From the NCBI GenBank assembly GCA_965153355.1, contig OZ231126.1, positions 34,782,001-34,846,000 on the forward strand: a DNA stretch of 64,000 nt, read 5' to 3'. A program made the position numbers and the translations under genes. Shown here in pieces: positions 37,082-51,313 of this stretch (within the stretch, counting starts at the first letter, position 1; every line of letters starts with the position of its first letter). The DNA is from Flaccisagitta enflata (lineage: Eukaryota). The notes beneath the pieces are model-generated. The model was given only the letters and a program-made list of their open reading frames with translations, was not told where the DNA came from and searched no databases.

Positions 37082-39272
37082 AATCTTAAAAGAGTATGGG
37101 TCCGCGACTGGGTCAGACGGCAAGAGCCAAACGGCGTTGTCAAATGTGGCGCCTTGCCAACGGCGCTGTCAAATGGCGCTGTCAAATGGCGCTGTCAAAC
37201 GGCTTTGTCAAACGGAGTTGTCAAACGGCGCTGTCGCAGGGCGTTGTCATAGGGCGCTGTTACAGGGCGTTGTCATAGGGCGCTGTCATACGGCGTTGTC
37301 AAGGGGCGTTGTCATACGGCGCTGTCATGTGGCGTTGCCAGACGGCGTACTCACACAGCGCTGTCATAGGGCGTTGTCATAGGGCGTGCTGTCAAACGGC
37401 GCTGTCAAACGGCGCTTGTCAAACGGCGCTGTCAAACGGCGTTGTCAAACGGCGCGGTCAAACGGGCGCTTGTCAAACGTTTTGTAAACGGCCTTGTCAA
37501 ACGGCCTTGCCAAACGGGCGTTGTCAAACGGCCTTGTCAAACGGCCTGTCAAACGCCTTGTCAAACGGCCTTGTCAAACGGCCCGTCAAACGCGCCTTGT
37601 CAAACGGCCTGTCAAACGCCTTCACAAACGGCCCGTCAAACGGCCTTGTCAAACGGCCTTGTCAAACGGCCTTGTCAAACGGCCTCGTCAAACGGCCTTG
37701 TCAAAACGCCTGCTCAACGGTTTTGTCAAACGCCTTGTCAAACGGCTTTGTCAAACGGCGTTGTCAAACGGCGTTGTCAAACGGCGTTGTCAAACGGCGT
37801 TGTCAAACGGGCGTGGTCAAACGGGCGTTGTCAAACTGGCGTTGTCAAACGGGCGTTGTCAAATGGGCGGTTAAAACGGCGCGCTTGTCAAACGGGCGTT
37901 GTCAAACGGGCGCGCGTTGTCAAACGGCGTTGTCAAACGGGCGTTGTCAAACGGGCGTTGTCAAACGGCGCTACAAACGGGCGCGAAAGTCAAACGGCGC
38001 GATCAAGCTGTCAAGCTGCTAAGCCAGCCGCGCGGTTGCCAGCGCTGGTCAAGCGGCTTTGCCAAACGGCGCTGCCAACCGCGTCAAACGGCGCGAGCCA
38101 ACGGCGCGACAAACGGGCGTTGTCGGAACGGCGCTGCCGGAACGGCGCTAGTCAAACGGCGTTGTCAAACGGCGCGGCGTTCAAACGCGTTGTCAAACGG
38201 CGTTGCCAACGGGCGTTGCTAAACGGGCGCTGTCAAACGGCGCTGTCAAACGGTTTAACAAATAGCATGCCATAATCTTTACAAATCAAATAAGCATGTT
38301 GAGTGCTTTCCATTTAGAGACCATATACCAAATTTCAGCTAAATTGGTTGAAAATGCCAAAGTTATGCAATATTTCTCACTTTTAGGTTGGTTATGGTAA
38401 ATGTTTGGCCAGTTAGCATGCTAAAATCTTTTACTCAAATTCGAAAATACATATGTTGAGTCTTTCTTATTTAGGACTACATACCAAATTTTAACCAAAT
38501 CGGTAGAAAAATGCCAAAGTTATGTATGTTGTTCACTTTTAGGCTGGTATGCTAGTTTGGTGGTAGGCTGGTTTAGCCATTTAGCATGCTAAAATCTTTA
38601 CAAATCAAATGATATTATGTTGAGTCCTTCCATTTAGAGACTACATACCAAGTTTTAACCAAATCTTGGTTGAAAATGCCAAAGTTATGCAATGTTTTTC
38701 ACTTTTAGGTCTGGTAGGCTGGTTGGGTGGTAGGCCGGTTTGGCCAGTTAGCATGCTAAAATCTTTACAAATCAAATACAAATGTTGAGTCCATCCATTT
38801 AGAGACTACATACCAAGTTTTAACCAAATTGGTTGAAAAATGCCAAAGTTATGCACGTTTTTCACTTTTAGGCTGGTAGGCTGGTAGGCTGGTAGGCCTG
38901 TTTGAAAAGTTAGCATGCTAAAATCTTTACAATTCAAATACATATGTTGAGTTCTTCCATTTAAGGACTACATACCAATTTTTAACCAAATCGGTTGAAA
39001 AATGCCAAAGTTACGTACGTTTTTCGCTTTTAGGCTAGTAGGCTGGTTGGGCCAGTTGGGTGGGTCGGATCATAACATACGCATAGGCTGCATAGGCTGC
39101 AAAGCGGCTTACCCTAATACAACTTCCCTACCAAATATGAAGCAAATCGGTCAAGGCGTTCAAAAGTTAGCCCATTTTTAAAAGTGTGGACGACGACAAC
39201 GACGATAACGACAACACCCACCCGCCTCGAATTATAGTCCGCGTCGGAATGGTATTCCGTCGCGGACAAAAA
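37082..39272 (-). mobile_element. HINE family A (duplicate of 7552-9690)
   Basis: GTCCGCGAC at 37100-37108 and GTCGCGGAC at 39259-39267. The 13-bp array is noisy. Confidence 0.8.
37115..38253. repeat. 13-bp satellite array (degenerate or noisy)
   Basis: Same block order as 7588-8698, with many small indels. Confidence 0.92.
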
Positions 39273-42200
39273 GTTGAGATGAAAATTCAATTTTTTGGGC
39301 TTTTGGGATGGTATGAAGGGGCTTAGGGTGGAAATTGAAAAATCGCCACGGTGGCGCTATTTCTATTCACCCAAGCTGTCAACCGCCGCTACAATTGTGG
39401 AAACTAATTGAATCATGTGAGCTGTAAGGGGGGCCATGTAACACTTAGGGTCCCTCCTACGCTCTTATTAGGGTCCCGTCTGTAGAAGCTTGACCGAGCA
39501 GTGCATGCATAGACATGCCTAGACCTCCCTTCAGAGTTGAAAAGAGTTGAACTTGAAGACTGGATGGGCAAGCACACGCGGAGATCATGAGCCGCCGACA
39601 AGACAGTGAACTGACATGAGGGTCAGATTAATTTCCAAGTGTAATACTACCCGAATTAAAAAAAACGCAAGTTTTTCTGTAGCTCATTTGTACACCTTTG
39701 GTTCACTTGAGACATTATTTATCGGTGACCAAATTTAAGCTTTTTTCAAGGGCTTTCTTTTGAGCGCAATCCCACATCTGTAGCTTTATTCGTTTAGAAG
39801 GTATACTCAAAAGAAGGTGCAGGGGTCCAAATTTCAAAATGCAGTCAGAGACAAAAAAAAGGTTCTTTTGGGGTGAAGGTGATGAAATAATTGCACCACC
39901 ATGAGAATCAGGCACAGGCATTGTTTAACCCATGCTGTCTGCTTATTTAGTTTTTGTATTTGAGTTCAATGTTTGTAACAAAAAATGAAGCACCGAATAT
40001 GATTAATTACAATAAAACCTTAAGAATCATCATGGCCTCTTAACTGAAAACCTAAGGCAAAAATTTCTTAAGTATACATCACTTTTGCATGGGAATTTCT
40101 CCGCATCAGCTTGATTCTGAAGGCTAACTCATGGATATGATGCATGGAAGCTCAAATAAACCAAAGCTGCTCACAAAATGCTGCTCAGAAGGAAGTCTTT
40201 ATCACTTCTATAAAAAACTTTCGTTTTTTTTATATTTTTTAATTCGGGTAGTACAACGTGAAGATTACAAAAACCTTAAAAAAGGTTAGCACCCCTACTT
40301 ACAGCTAATGACAAAACTTACACAGGGTTGTGTGGGGTATCATTCTGTAGCTTATCACAGTACAATTTACGCCACCAAGGCGATTTTTTAATTTCGCCTC
40401 CGCTCTTGAGAAATCTTACCCCAAACATTGGTGCCGGACATCCTCTTGGAGGTAAAAAAATCCGCCGCTTAAAGTGAATATGTCTTGAACGGAGGTGAAA
40501 TTCAAAATTCGCCTCGGTGGCGTAAATTGTATTGAGACAACCTATTGAATGATGCCATACACGACCATGTGGCTAAGGCGACATGAGCTGCAAGGGGAGA
40601 TACTATACCTTTTCCGTTATCCTCACGTTGTATTCAACGTGCGTGTGTAGATTGGCTAGTACTTAGGCAGTCTGAATTGCAATTGAAACGTGCTCAAGCT
40701 TACTAAAATGGCAAGTTAACAAACTATACGTTGACCAGACAGAACCGATTTTTTAAAGAACGTTAGGCTTCAAATCGTAAAAAAATTAAAGAACATGCTG
40801 GGAACATTGGAAGGCTTCATTTCTTGAAAAATTTAAGAACATTAGGCTCAAAATTTTAAAAATCTGAAAACATCTTTTTTAAGGGCTCTTTTTAGTTGCG
40901 GACACGCAACTCTATAAGAGGCTTTGTCCGTCCGTCGGTCGGTCGGTCGGTCGGTTGGTGGTCCGTCACGCTCGAGTTGAAAACGCTGAGAAACTCACAT
41001 TTTACGATGCTGCAGCTGTCATTGAATGGGTGTGATGTTAGTGTGGGGAAGGGGTTTAAGAGGTTGGGGGTTGGCTGCCCCTGCCCACTCGTCTGCAACG
41101 ATATTGTGACCCCGCGTCACTTCTGTTTTAATGATTGTTCTTTGTAAATACATAAACTCTATCTTTTATATTCAGCAAATCATGTCTCACTTTATATTAA
41201 ATGTATCTTTCTACTTTTATTGTAGAATCTTTTTTCAGGCGGTCCCGGTGTATTTTATGCCATTTACATTCGAATTTTGCGCTATATTTTCCATCCAAGG
41301 CTCAATTCACTTTAAACGTTTGAACCTGCTGCTTTGTTGTTTTATTGAAATTTTCCTTTCTTTTCTCCTTAATGACAAATTTAAATTAATTAATAAAATT
41401 TTCTACTGAAAGTTGAAAAATGCATTTTTATCAAGAACAATTTAAGAACGTTGAAGCCTTGAAACTGCTAAAAATTTAAGATTAATGAAGGTTTGCCCAA
41501 AAAACAGAGGGGCGAACGTAAAAATTTTTTTAACATGTTTTTAACGGTTTTTAACATTTTTTTAACAGATTTTAACAGATTTCAACAAGTCAAAAATTTA
41601 AAGAGGTGCCCGTTAAAAACATTTTAACGCGGACTTTATCTGATTAAAAGCTCCTTTTTTATGTTAAAACTGTCTTTGTAAAGTTATTAAAAGTCCTGTT
41701 TAACTTTTTAAAATATCTAATAGATGTTAAAAGGTTTTTAACACACTTTTTAACAAAATGTTAAAAACCTTTTTAACTGGGTGTTAAAACCCTTTTTAAC
41801 TGGGTGTTAAAAACCTTTTAACAAGTTAAAAACCTTTTTAACAGGTTGTGCAAACAGTTTTTAACAAGCTGTTAAAAACCTTTTTAACAAGCTGTTAAAA
41901 ACCTTTTTAATAGGTTGGTAAAACACTTTTCAACACACTGTTAAAAACCTGTTTAACAAGCTGTTAAAAACCTTTTTAACAAGCTATTAAAAACCTTTTT
42001 AGCATGACTGTTGAATAAATAGTTTTAAACCTCTCAAAAAGCCGTTAAAAACCTGTTTAACCACCATTTTTTACAGGGACCCTAGCTTTTTGACAGTTTT
42101 TAACAAGTCCCTAAAATAAAAGAGGGTCCCCGCTGTTAAAAACTGTTAAATTGTCAAAAAATGTTAAAAACTGTTAAAAACCGATTAAAAATTTTTTAAC

Positions 42201-42410
42201 GTTCGCCCCTCTGAAAAAATGACATTCTTTTAAGAAACAAAGTGTACGCGGACGGACATGCACAGCAAAACTCGTCTCAACTCGTTTAAACTCGTTTCAA
42301 CCCGTTTCAACCCGTTTAATCTCAAAACTTAGATACGGATAAACAGAAAGCACTGACAAGCTAACAGTCAGGGGTACCTAGCACCCAAAGATAGTGGATA
42401 AAAAAATTAC

Positions 42411-42587
42411 CTGGAACATGGTGGATAAAAGAGCGGAGGAGGGCGGAGGAGAAGCAAATATATTTCCCGTCGGCGTGTTCCGACCGGAGGCATTGGGTGT
42501 ACCGTGTGGGTTACCAACAAACGTTCCATTATCGGTTGAGGATGAAAGTCCGTTGGTTGGTGATGGCGGGGGTGTAGTGGTTGCGCT
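42411..42587 (-). CDS. XPO6: Exportin-6 coding exon 4 (S/T/P-rich loop with TPPPSP)
   Basis: cctcag acceptor, GTAATT donor, 177 nt, phase 0/0. Peptide SATTTPPPSPT...LLSTMFQ matches XPO6 (TAATPPPSPT...LLSNLLQ). Confidence 0.9.
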
Positions 42588-44773
42588 CTGAGGGAAACGG
42601 AAAGAAGGGGGGGGGGAAGAATTGACGATCGTAATACTACAAACTATGCGTTGTGTTGAAATCATTTTCTGTACACAAATTTTTTGTTTCAGGACCAAAT
42701 TTATAAGAACGTGCTAACAACATTTTTGGTCTTGAATCTGAAATAACACACAGAACATTTTTGGTCTTGAATCTGAAATAACACACAGAACATTTTTGGT
42801 CTTGAATCTGAAACAGAACATTTTTGGTCTTGAATCTGAAACAACAGAACATTTTTGGTCTTGAATCTGAAACAAAACACACAAACACACACACGCACCC
42901 GCACACACACACACACAGACAGACACACACACACACACAAAATTGCCGAGATACAGCTTCATATAGTTTTGAGCCATTGAGGTTTACACTCTTTAGAGTA
43001 AGGACAAAGTTTATGAGGACATCGAGGCTGAAATTTTGCCAAAAATTAAGGACATTTTAAGAATGCCCAGCCTCAGATTTGCAAAAAAAATTTTTTGATT
43101 CAAAGTTTAGATTGTATTTACGCAAGTTCTTAAAAAAATAACCATGTTTAAAAGAAATGATAGCATTCATTTTTGCTAAATGATAAGATATTCTATGAAT
43201 AATAACTACAAAGCAATTATTATCATATCTAACTTGTGTTTCATGATACTGAACATCAATTACTTCAATGCATAAAACATAATCGTAAGAAAATCATAAA
43301 AAGTATTAAGGACACGCTAAGAACATTTCAGTCTGAAATTTACTAAAATCTTAGGACATCCCAGCCTTGGAAAAAATTTACTGGTCCTTATATAAAAAAA
43401 AAAAGAGTGTACCCCGGTATCAAAATTTCAAACTAATTTGTTTTCTTTTTTTACCAGTAATGGCGGCTGTCGCCGTGGGGAAAAAAGTCATAAGCACTGG
43501 TCACTTTTCACTAAATTTTTGCCTTTTGTCACTTCAATTTTTTTTACTAGTTTGCTTAAATCAAAACCAATTGTATGTATTGATTGCATGCTCAAACTAA
43601 CATATAAGTACATTTTTGATCCTATTTAAAATTATAAAAAAAAGAGAATGATCAATTTTATCGGAAGCCCAAATCAGCCTTATAAGTTCCTAGATTCTCA
43701 CAAAAGAAAAGAAAATCTATGTTACTCTTGAATATGTCAAAAAGTCAAAGACTTACTTCGACTTTTTCCCGATAAAACATATTATTTATTCAGACTGGGT
43801 TCTCAAAATTTTTTTTGCCGTTTTGAGGATCAATGTCTCTTAAACTGTTATTTTTTCAACGCAAAAAAGTGTATAAATACATCAATAAGTAATGTTCTAT
43901 GTGTCTTAATAAAAATACGGTTGAATCCCGCACCAACGGATTTCAAAGGACTAACAATTTTTTTTTGTTATTTGCGTAATTCTATTAAAGCCAACATTTA
44001 TAAAAAAAGAAAATAGGTTGAATGGACCAGGAATTAGTGTCTGTTTACAGCGGAATTCCGTAAGAAGCGGGTCCGATAGAGCGGGGTTTAACTGTACTTG
44101 TTCAGTAACATAGAACATTGAGAATCATGCCCAACTTAACAGGCAAAACTATGAAAGTGGTTTTTTTCCAAAAACAAGGCCGGATACACGGCTACCCTAG
44201 TCGCGTGCGGGTGGGCAGGAGCAGTGCTCAAGAAGGTCACTAGGTTATCTCAGCAGGAGCAGTATGCTCAAAAAGCTCAAAACCCTGAAAAAGTATTAGT
44301 CAGAATGTGGGCACTCACCCGTGGCCCTGCTTACAAGGTTGTGGTTAAAGTTGTGGGGGGAGGGGGGTATGAAGGAAAAGGAGGAGAAAACTCCTGATAT
44401 GTGTGATAGCACAGGTCAACAACCCCTACGGGGCCGCTGCCTAAAAAGAGGACCGACCGATGGACCGAGTGACGGACCGACATAGCAGGGTGTAGAGTCG
44501 CTCAGCACGCGACTAAAAGCCTCCAATTTTCCAGAAAATTTTGAACCTTTATTTTAATAAGAATTATGAAATAATCTCCTCAAAAATTTCCAAACCAGAA
44601 TCTTTGCCTGGATTTCTTCTTATTTTGGTCTTAAAATTTTGGAAAATCTGACACTGCAAAACCAAGGCCGGATATACGGCTACCAAAGTCGCGTGCGGGT
44701 GGGCAAGGGCCATATTTGAGGTCACCAGACCATTTGGGCAGGAGCAGAGGTCAAATAAATAATATCATAAAAA

Positions 44774-47700
44774 AAGCTTCAAAATTACAGTCCCCGACGG
44801 GGGACTAATTTTGAAGATAGACAAGACAACAATTTTAAAAGAAAAATTCAATATTGTTTTAGTGATGATAAAACTTGATAATGATAATAATAGTGGATAA
44901 TGATGACAACAAAAATATAAAAGATTTAAAATAATTTTCAAAAAAATTTTCAAAAAAAATTTTTGAAAAAATTTTTTGAAAAAATTTTGAAAATTTTTAA
45001 AAAAGTTTCAAAAAAAATTTCAAAAAAAAATTTCAAAAACATTTTCAAAAAAAATTTTCAAAAGAAAATTTCAAAAAAAATTTTCAAATTTTTTTTGTTT
45101 CATGATTGATGACAACAATCAAAGTTGAATGACAATAGTTGAAGATGATGACAGTAGTTGAAGGTGATGACAGAAGTTGAAGGTGATGACAATAGTTGAA
45201 GGTGATGACAGTAGTTGAAGGTGATGACAGTAGTTGAAGGTGATGACAGTAGTTGAAGGTGATGACAGTAGTTGAAGGTGATGACAGTAGTTGAAGGTGA
45301 TGCCAGTAGCTGAAGGTGATGACAGTAGTTAGTCAGTGATGACAGTGAAGGCATGATGACAGTAGTTGAAGGTGATGACAGTAGTTTAGTCAGTGACATA
45401 CAGTAGTTGAAGAAGATGACAGTAGTTGAGGGTGATGACAGTAGTTGAGGGTGATGACAGTAGTTGAGGGTGATGACAGAAGTTGAGGGTGATGACAGAA
45501 GTTGAGGTGATGACAGTAGTTGAAGGTGATGACAGAAGGAAGGTGATGACAGTAGTTGAAGGCATGACAGAATAGCTGTGATGACAGTAGTTGAAGGTGA
45601 TGACAGTAAGCTGAAGGTGATGATAGTAGTTGAAGGTGATGACAGTAGTTGAAGGTGATGACAGTAGTTGAATAGTGATGACAGTAGTTGAAGGGGTGAT
45701 GACAGTAGTTGAAGGTGATGACAGTAGTTGAAGGTGATGACAGTAGATGAAGATGATGACAGTAGTTGGAAGGTGATGACAGTAGTTGAAGGTGATAACA
45801 GTAGTTGAAGGTGATGACTGTAGTTGAAGGTGATGACAGCAGTTGAAGGTGATGACAGTAGCTGAAGGTGATGACAGTAGTTCAAAAAAAATTTTCAAAA
45901 AAAAATTCGAAGTTGATGACAGTAGTTGAATGTGATGACAGTAGTTGAAGGTGATGACAGTAGTTGAAGGTGATGACAGTAGTTGAAGGTGATGACAGTA
46001 GTTGAAGGTGATGACAGTAGCTGAAGGTGATGACAGTAGCTGAAGGTGATTGAAGACATTTTCAAGCTGAATGTCGAAGTTGATGACAGTAGCTGAAGGT
46101 GATGACAGTAGCTGAAGGTGATGACAGTAGTTGAAGGTGATGACAGAAGGAAGAGATGATGACAGTAGTTGAAGATGATGACAGCTGTCAAGATGATGAC
46201 AGAATATCAAGATGATGACAGTAGTCGAAGATGATGACAGTAGTCAAGATGATGACAGTAGCTCTAAAATTTTTTTTCAAAGTTGATGATGACAGTAGTT
46301 GAAGATGATGACAGTAACTGAAGATGATGACAGTAGTTGAAGATGATGACAGAAGTTGAAGATGGTGACAGTAGCTGAAGATGGTGACAGAAGTTGGAAG
46401 ATGATGACAGTAGTCGAAGATGATGACAGTAGTTGATGATGACAGTAGTTGAAGATGATGACAGTAACTGAAGATGATGACAGTAGTTGAAGATGATGAC
46501 AGTAGTTGAAGATGGTGACAGTAGTTGAAGATGGTGACAGTAGTTGAAGATGATGACAGTAGTTGAAGATGATGACAATAGTTGAAGATGATGACAGTAG
46601 TTGAAGATGATGACAGTAGTTGAAGATGGTAACAGTAGTTGAAGATGGTAACAGTAGTTGAAGATGGTGACAGTAGTTGAAGATGATGACAGTAGTCGAA
46701 GATGATGACAGTAGTCGAAGATGATGACAGTAGTTGATGATGACAGTAACTGAAGATGATGACAGTAGTTGAAGATGATGACAGTAGTTGAAGATGGTGA
46801 CAGTAGTTGAAGATGGTGACAGTAGTTGAAGATGATGACAGAAGAAGATGATGACAGTAGTTGAAGATGATGATAGAAGATCAAGATGATGACAGAGTTG
46901 AAGATGATGACAGAAGTTGAAGATGATGACAGAAGAAGATGATGTACAGAAGAAGATGATGACAGTAGAAGATGATGACAGTAGTTGAAGATGATGACAG
47001 TAGTTGAAGATGATGACAGTAGTTGAAGATGATGACAGTAGTTGAAGATGATGACAGTAGTTGAAGATGATGACAGTAGTTGAAGATGATGACAGTAGTT
47101 GAAGATGATGACAGTAGTTGAAGATGATGACAGTAGTTGAAGATGATGACAGTAGTTGAAGATGATGACAGAAGTTGAAGATGATGACAGAAGTTGAAGA
47201 TGATGATAGTAGTTGAAGATGATGACAGAAGTTCAATGAAGATGACAGTAGTTGAAGATGATGACAGTAGTTGAAGATGATGACAGTTGTTGAAGAATGA
47301 AGATGAATCTTGAAATCCATAATGGCAAACCTTAAGAAAAAAATCAAAATGTAACGAATGAATGAGCAAGTAAAAAAATTCATCAACTCCAATCCTTTAT
47401 ATAAATTGCCTAAGTCATAGTAACATTATAAACCAGACATCAAAATTTATTCGAATTTTGCAGGGGCTGTTCAATTGAAATCCTTAACCTGTATACCAAA
47501 TTAAAAAAAAATTCCCATACCTTCACTACCCTTTGCCTATGTAAATTGCCTAAGTCCTAGCAACATACTACTACATTAATAAGCCAATATCCTTGATAAA
47601 CCAGACTTCAGATTACTCTCAATTTTGCAGGGCTGTTTATGTACTACCCTCTGCTTGCATATTAAATTATAAAATTATAAACCTTACTACCTCTACCAAT

Positions 47701-47961
47701 GTAACCACTGTGTCCCAGCTGCTAAACATTACTTACAAAATAATAGGCAAAGGGCAGCAAAAGCTTGGTGAATTTTTGGCATTGGCACACAAGCTCCCAT
47801 TGACATAATAATAACACTGGTAAAGTTTCATGAACTTCTGAAGTCTGGATCAAAAGATACGAGAAGGTTCTAGACAGACACACAGACAGACAGACACACA
47901 GACTAGCACAAACAGGCTATCTCATAGTCCACCGACGATAACTGTTTGTCGGGGACAAAAA
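44774..47961 (-). mobile_element. HINE family B (duplicate of 15196-18428)
   Basis: GTCCCCGAC at 44790-44798 and GTCGGGGAC at 47948-47956. Confidence 0.8.
45125..47297. repeat. 19-bp satellite (duplicate copy)
   Basis: Same unit and the same G-to-A variant switch as 15560-17757. Confidence 0.96.
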
Positions 47962-48620
47962 GTAAAACATGATGGACCAACCGACCGACAAAGCGGGTTG
48001 TAGAGCCGCGTACACGCAACTAAAAATCTGAGTGAAAAATCACATAGCAGTGGGTTTCTCTGCATCTTTGCGCTGTATTGGGGTGTAATAACATGTTGCT
48101 AGCAAAAATAAAATCATTGCAAGCGCATTTTGAGTAATCTTTAAAATAGAAAAAGAAATTAGAAAATTTTGTAATGCAGATTCTACTGAGACTTATTCTT
48201 TTCAAGGTTCCATATCAATAATCTATGCAAAATTCCCTTTCATTTGGTTAGATCTAGAAATAAAGTTTTTTTGAGCCACTTAATTTTTGTCTAACGGTGA
48301 CTCAAACTAAAATTTAAATTCTTTGTAAAAGTAATGAAGTATAAGGTGCGACCTACCAAATGGAAGGAAATTTTGCGCAGAATAAGAATATGGAATCAAT
48401 TTGAATCACCACACTCCAGTAAAATCTACACTGAAAATGGGTTTAATTTTTTCCCGTTCTGAAGATTTCTTAAAAAGCGCTCACTTTTGCTAGTTTCACG
48501 TTTTTCACTCCAATACTACACAAAACTGCGGATAAACCTACTGTTATGAGACTTTTCACACAGATCTTTTTAAAAAGCACAGTGCTGAGGCTCATATCTC
48601 TTGTAAAAAAGTCTTTAAAA

Positions 48621-49999
48621 AAGCTTAAAAACAACAGTCCTCGACTGTAGTCTATTTGGTGTCCGACCCGGCTACTCAGTCTGACCCGGCTACTCAGTCT
48701 GACCCGGCTACTCAGTCTGACCCGGCTACTCAGTCTGACCCGGCTACTCAGTCTGACCCGGCTACTCAGTCTGACCCGGCTACTCAGTCTGACCCGGCTA
48801 CTCAGTCTGACCCGGCTACTCAGTCTGACCCGGCTACTCAGTCTGACCCGGCTACTCAGTCTGACCCGGCTACTCAGTCTGACCCGGCTACTCAGTCTGA
48901 CCCGGCTACTCAGTCTGACCCGGCTACTCAGTCTGACCCGGCTACTCAGTCTGACCCGGCTACTCAGTCTGACCCGGCTACTCAGTCTGACCCGGCTACT
49001 CAGTCTGACCCGGCTACTCAGTCTGACCCGGCTACTCAGTCTGACCCGGCTACTCAGTCTGACCCGGCTACTCAGTCTGACCCGGCTACTCAGTCTGACC
49101 CAGTTACTCAGTCTGACCCAGTTACTCAGTCTGACCCAGCTACTCAGTCTGACCCGGCTACCAATTGCATACCTTGAAGTCCATGGTGGCATACCTTGCT
49201 GCCTATGATGGCATACCTTGAAGTCCATGATGGCATTCCTTGAAATCCATGAAAGCAAACCTTATAATCCAACAATAAAAAATAAAAAAAAAAATAAAAA
49301 AAAAATTTCCAAAAAAAAAAAATTTTTTTTCAAAAAAAAATTTTTTTTCAAAAAAAAAAATTCAAAAAAAAAAATTCAAAAAAAAATTTTTTTTTTCAAA
49401 AACAAATTCCCAAGTCCAGGAAATAATGTTACTAGATACATGATAAATACCCTTATATTTTCTTAACCAATACTCAGAATTTACTGAAATCTTGCAGGGG
49501 AGCTTTAATCGATGCAATGAACCTTCACAACATGTTTGAACAACATTGGTGAACCTTTACTACCCTTCCCCTATGTAAATTGCACAAGTCTAGGAATTAA
49601 TATTACTAGCAAAATACCCTAATATCTTCTAAACCAATACTCAGAATTATCTGAAATCTTCCAGGGGAGCTTTAATTACTACAATGAACTTCCACAACAA
49701 GTTTAAACAACATTGGTGAACCTTTACTACCCTTCCCCTATGTAAATTGCACAAGTCCAGGAATAAATATTACTACAAAAATAATAGGCAAAGGGTATTA
49801 AATATTTATGAATGTTGTTGAAAGTTGGTACACAGGATAGTAATGCTGTAAAAATAGCACTGACCAAGTTTCATCAACATCTGAGTACTGGTTCCCAAGT
49901 TTTGAAGGGTTGACACGACAACAAACAACAACGACTCACTACACGATCAGTGCTATGTTATAGTCCTCGACGTAAACTGATCGTCGAGGACAAAAAAAA
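48621..49999 (-). mobile_element. HINE family D carrying an 18-bp satellite
   Basis: GTCCTCGAC (48637-48645) / GTCGAGGAC (49983-49991). Perfect 10-bp stem GTCCTCGACG...CGTCGAGGAC (49963-49991), ~167-bp repeats and A-run flanks. Confidence 0.8.
48665..49160. repeat. 18-bp minisatellite (GACCCGGCTACTCAGTCT)n, about 27 units
   Basis: Near-perfect tandem array. Confidence 0.98.
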
Positions 50000-50098
50000 G
50001 TACCATAAAAATAGCCTGGGCCGTTGAGCATAAATATTCGAAATTCTTAAATAAAACATTAAGAACCATCCATCTGTGTTAAAGATTATGAAGACCAC

Positions 50099-50248
50099 CT
50101 GCTGTGCTTTCTCCAGACAAGAGTCGAGGACGTTCTGCACCAGCCCTAGTGCCGTAGGAGCTTGGGCCAAAAAAAGTTTCATCAACTCTTCTTTCCGCGT
50201 TGCGGAGATCTCTTCAGTTCGGGGCGTAACGAGCTCTTCGGACGCAGT
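50099..50248 (-). CDS. XPO6: Exportin-6 coding exon 3
   Basis: ttgcag acceptor, 150 nt, phase 0/0. Peptide TASEELVTPRTEEISATRKEELMKLFLAQ matches XPO6 (TTSEELACPREDLSVARKEELRKLLL). Confidence 0.92.
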
Positions 50249-50442
50249 CTGCAAATTGCAAATACCGTAAGGCATCAATGGCAGTGAGTCCAAAGTTGCT
50301 TAAGTTGAGTTTGAAAAGGGATTCGATTTGGATAGAAAAGCTGTAAATGATAGATCTGCAGTGACCTCAGCTTAGTAATACAGTAAGACTCAGCAACATT
50401 GGATGTCAAAGGAACGACATAAGGTCCCTAGGGCTTAAATTA

Positions 50443-51313
50443 CAGTCAGCGGACAAAACAAAATAGGTATAGAGCTCACCCTGATGACTTTGATCTAACC
50501 TACTGTTATTAAACAGCAGACTAACTAACAGTCTATGGACAAAACGAGGAGAGTAGATTTTTTGCTTAGGCGTAGTTGATATTAAAATGTAAGTTTGTAA
50601 TTACCTCATAGAAATTTACTAAGGATGGAAAGAATTAACAGAAGAACAATTACTACCTGTAGTAATCGCTCAAAATGCAGGTTTGTAATTACCTCGTAAA
50701 AAATTACTTAGGACTAAAAGAAACAAACAGAACAATTACTACCTGTAGTAATCGTTCTTGCGTTAGTTTCTTTCAGTCCTCAGTCATTTTCTATGAAGTA
50801 ATTACAAGCATACATCTTAAAATCAACTATGCCTAAGCATCAAACTGGTGATCAGCATAATCTATTTTTCTTATTTGGTCCATTGACTTAACAACTGGTT
50901 GTGAAAATTACAGCCGGCTGTCACTGGCTGTCATCTTACAAAGTCAGCAAAAATCCAACCTAAATAGATTAGAGCCTGACTAGCATATTCATAATCCTGA
51001 TGAAATTCTTAGAAGTTTGATATGTCACACTTAGCACTTTTTATAAAAAAAAATCATTAAACATTGTTTTATAACTTTATTAAACATTGAATAAAATTTT
51101 TTTTCACATAAAATTATATGCTATATATGCTATATATCAAACTTGTTAGAATTTCACCAGGATTATGAATTTGCAAATCTCGTTCTATTTGGTGAAAGTT
51201 GTATTTTTGGCGACTTTGTAGCATAACAGCCGACTGTAATTTTCACAACCAAGTAGGCTGGATCAAAACTAACAAAGTGAGCCCTCTACCTATTTTGTTT
51301 TGTCCACTGACTG
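50443..51313. mobile_element. TA-flanked MITE with nested MITE 50529-50888
   Basis: TIR CAGTCAG.GGACAAAACAAAATAGGTA. Confidence 0.8.

Larger units (their letters stand above)
31729..48250 (+). repeat. Right copy of the ~16.5 kb direct duplication
   Basis: Same order of exons, MITEs and satellites as 2185-18717. Confidence 0.95.

Noticed and set aside
48470-49258. (SDPATQ)n and (SSRVRL)n ORFs resembling mucin-like or antifreeze repeat proteins
   Set aside because: A perfect 18-bp DNA repeat with almost no synonymous variation, lying inside a HINE within an intron.
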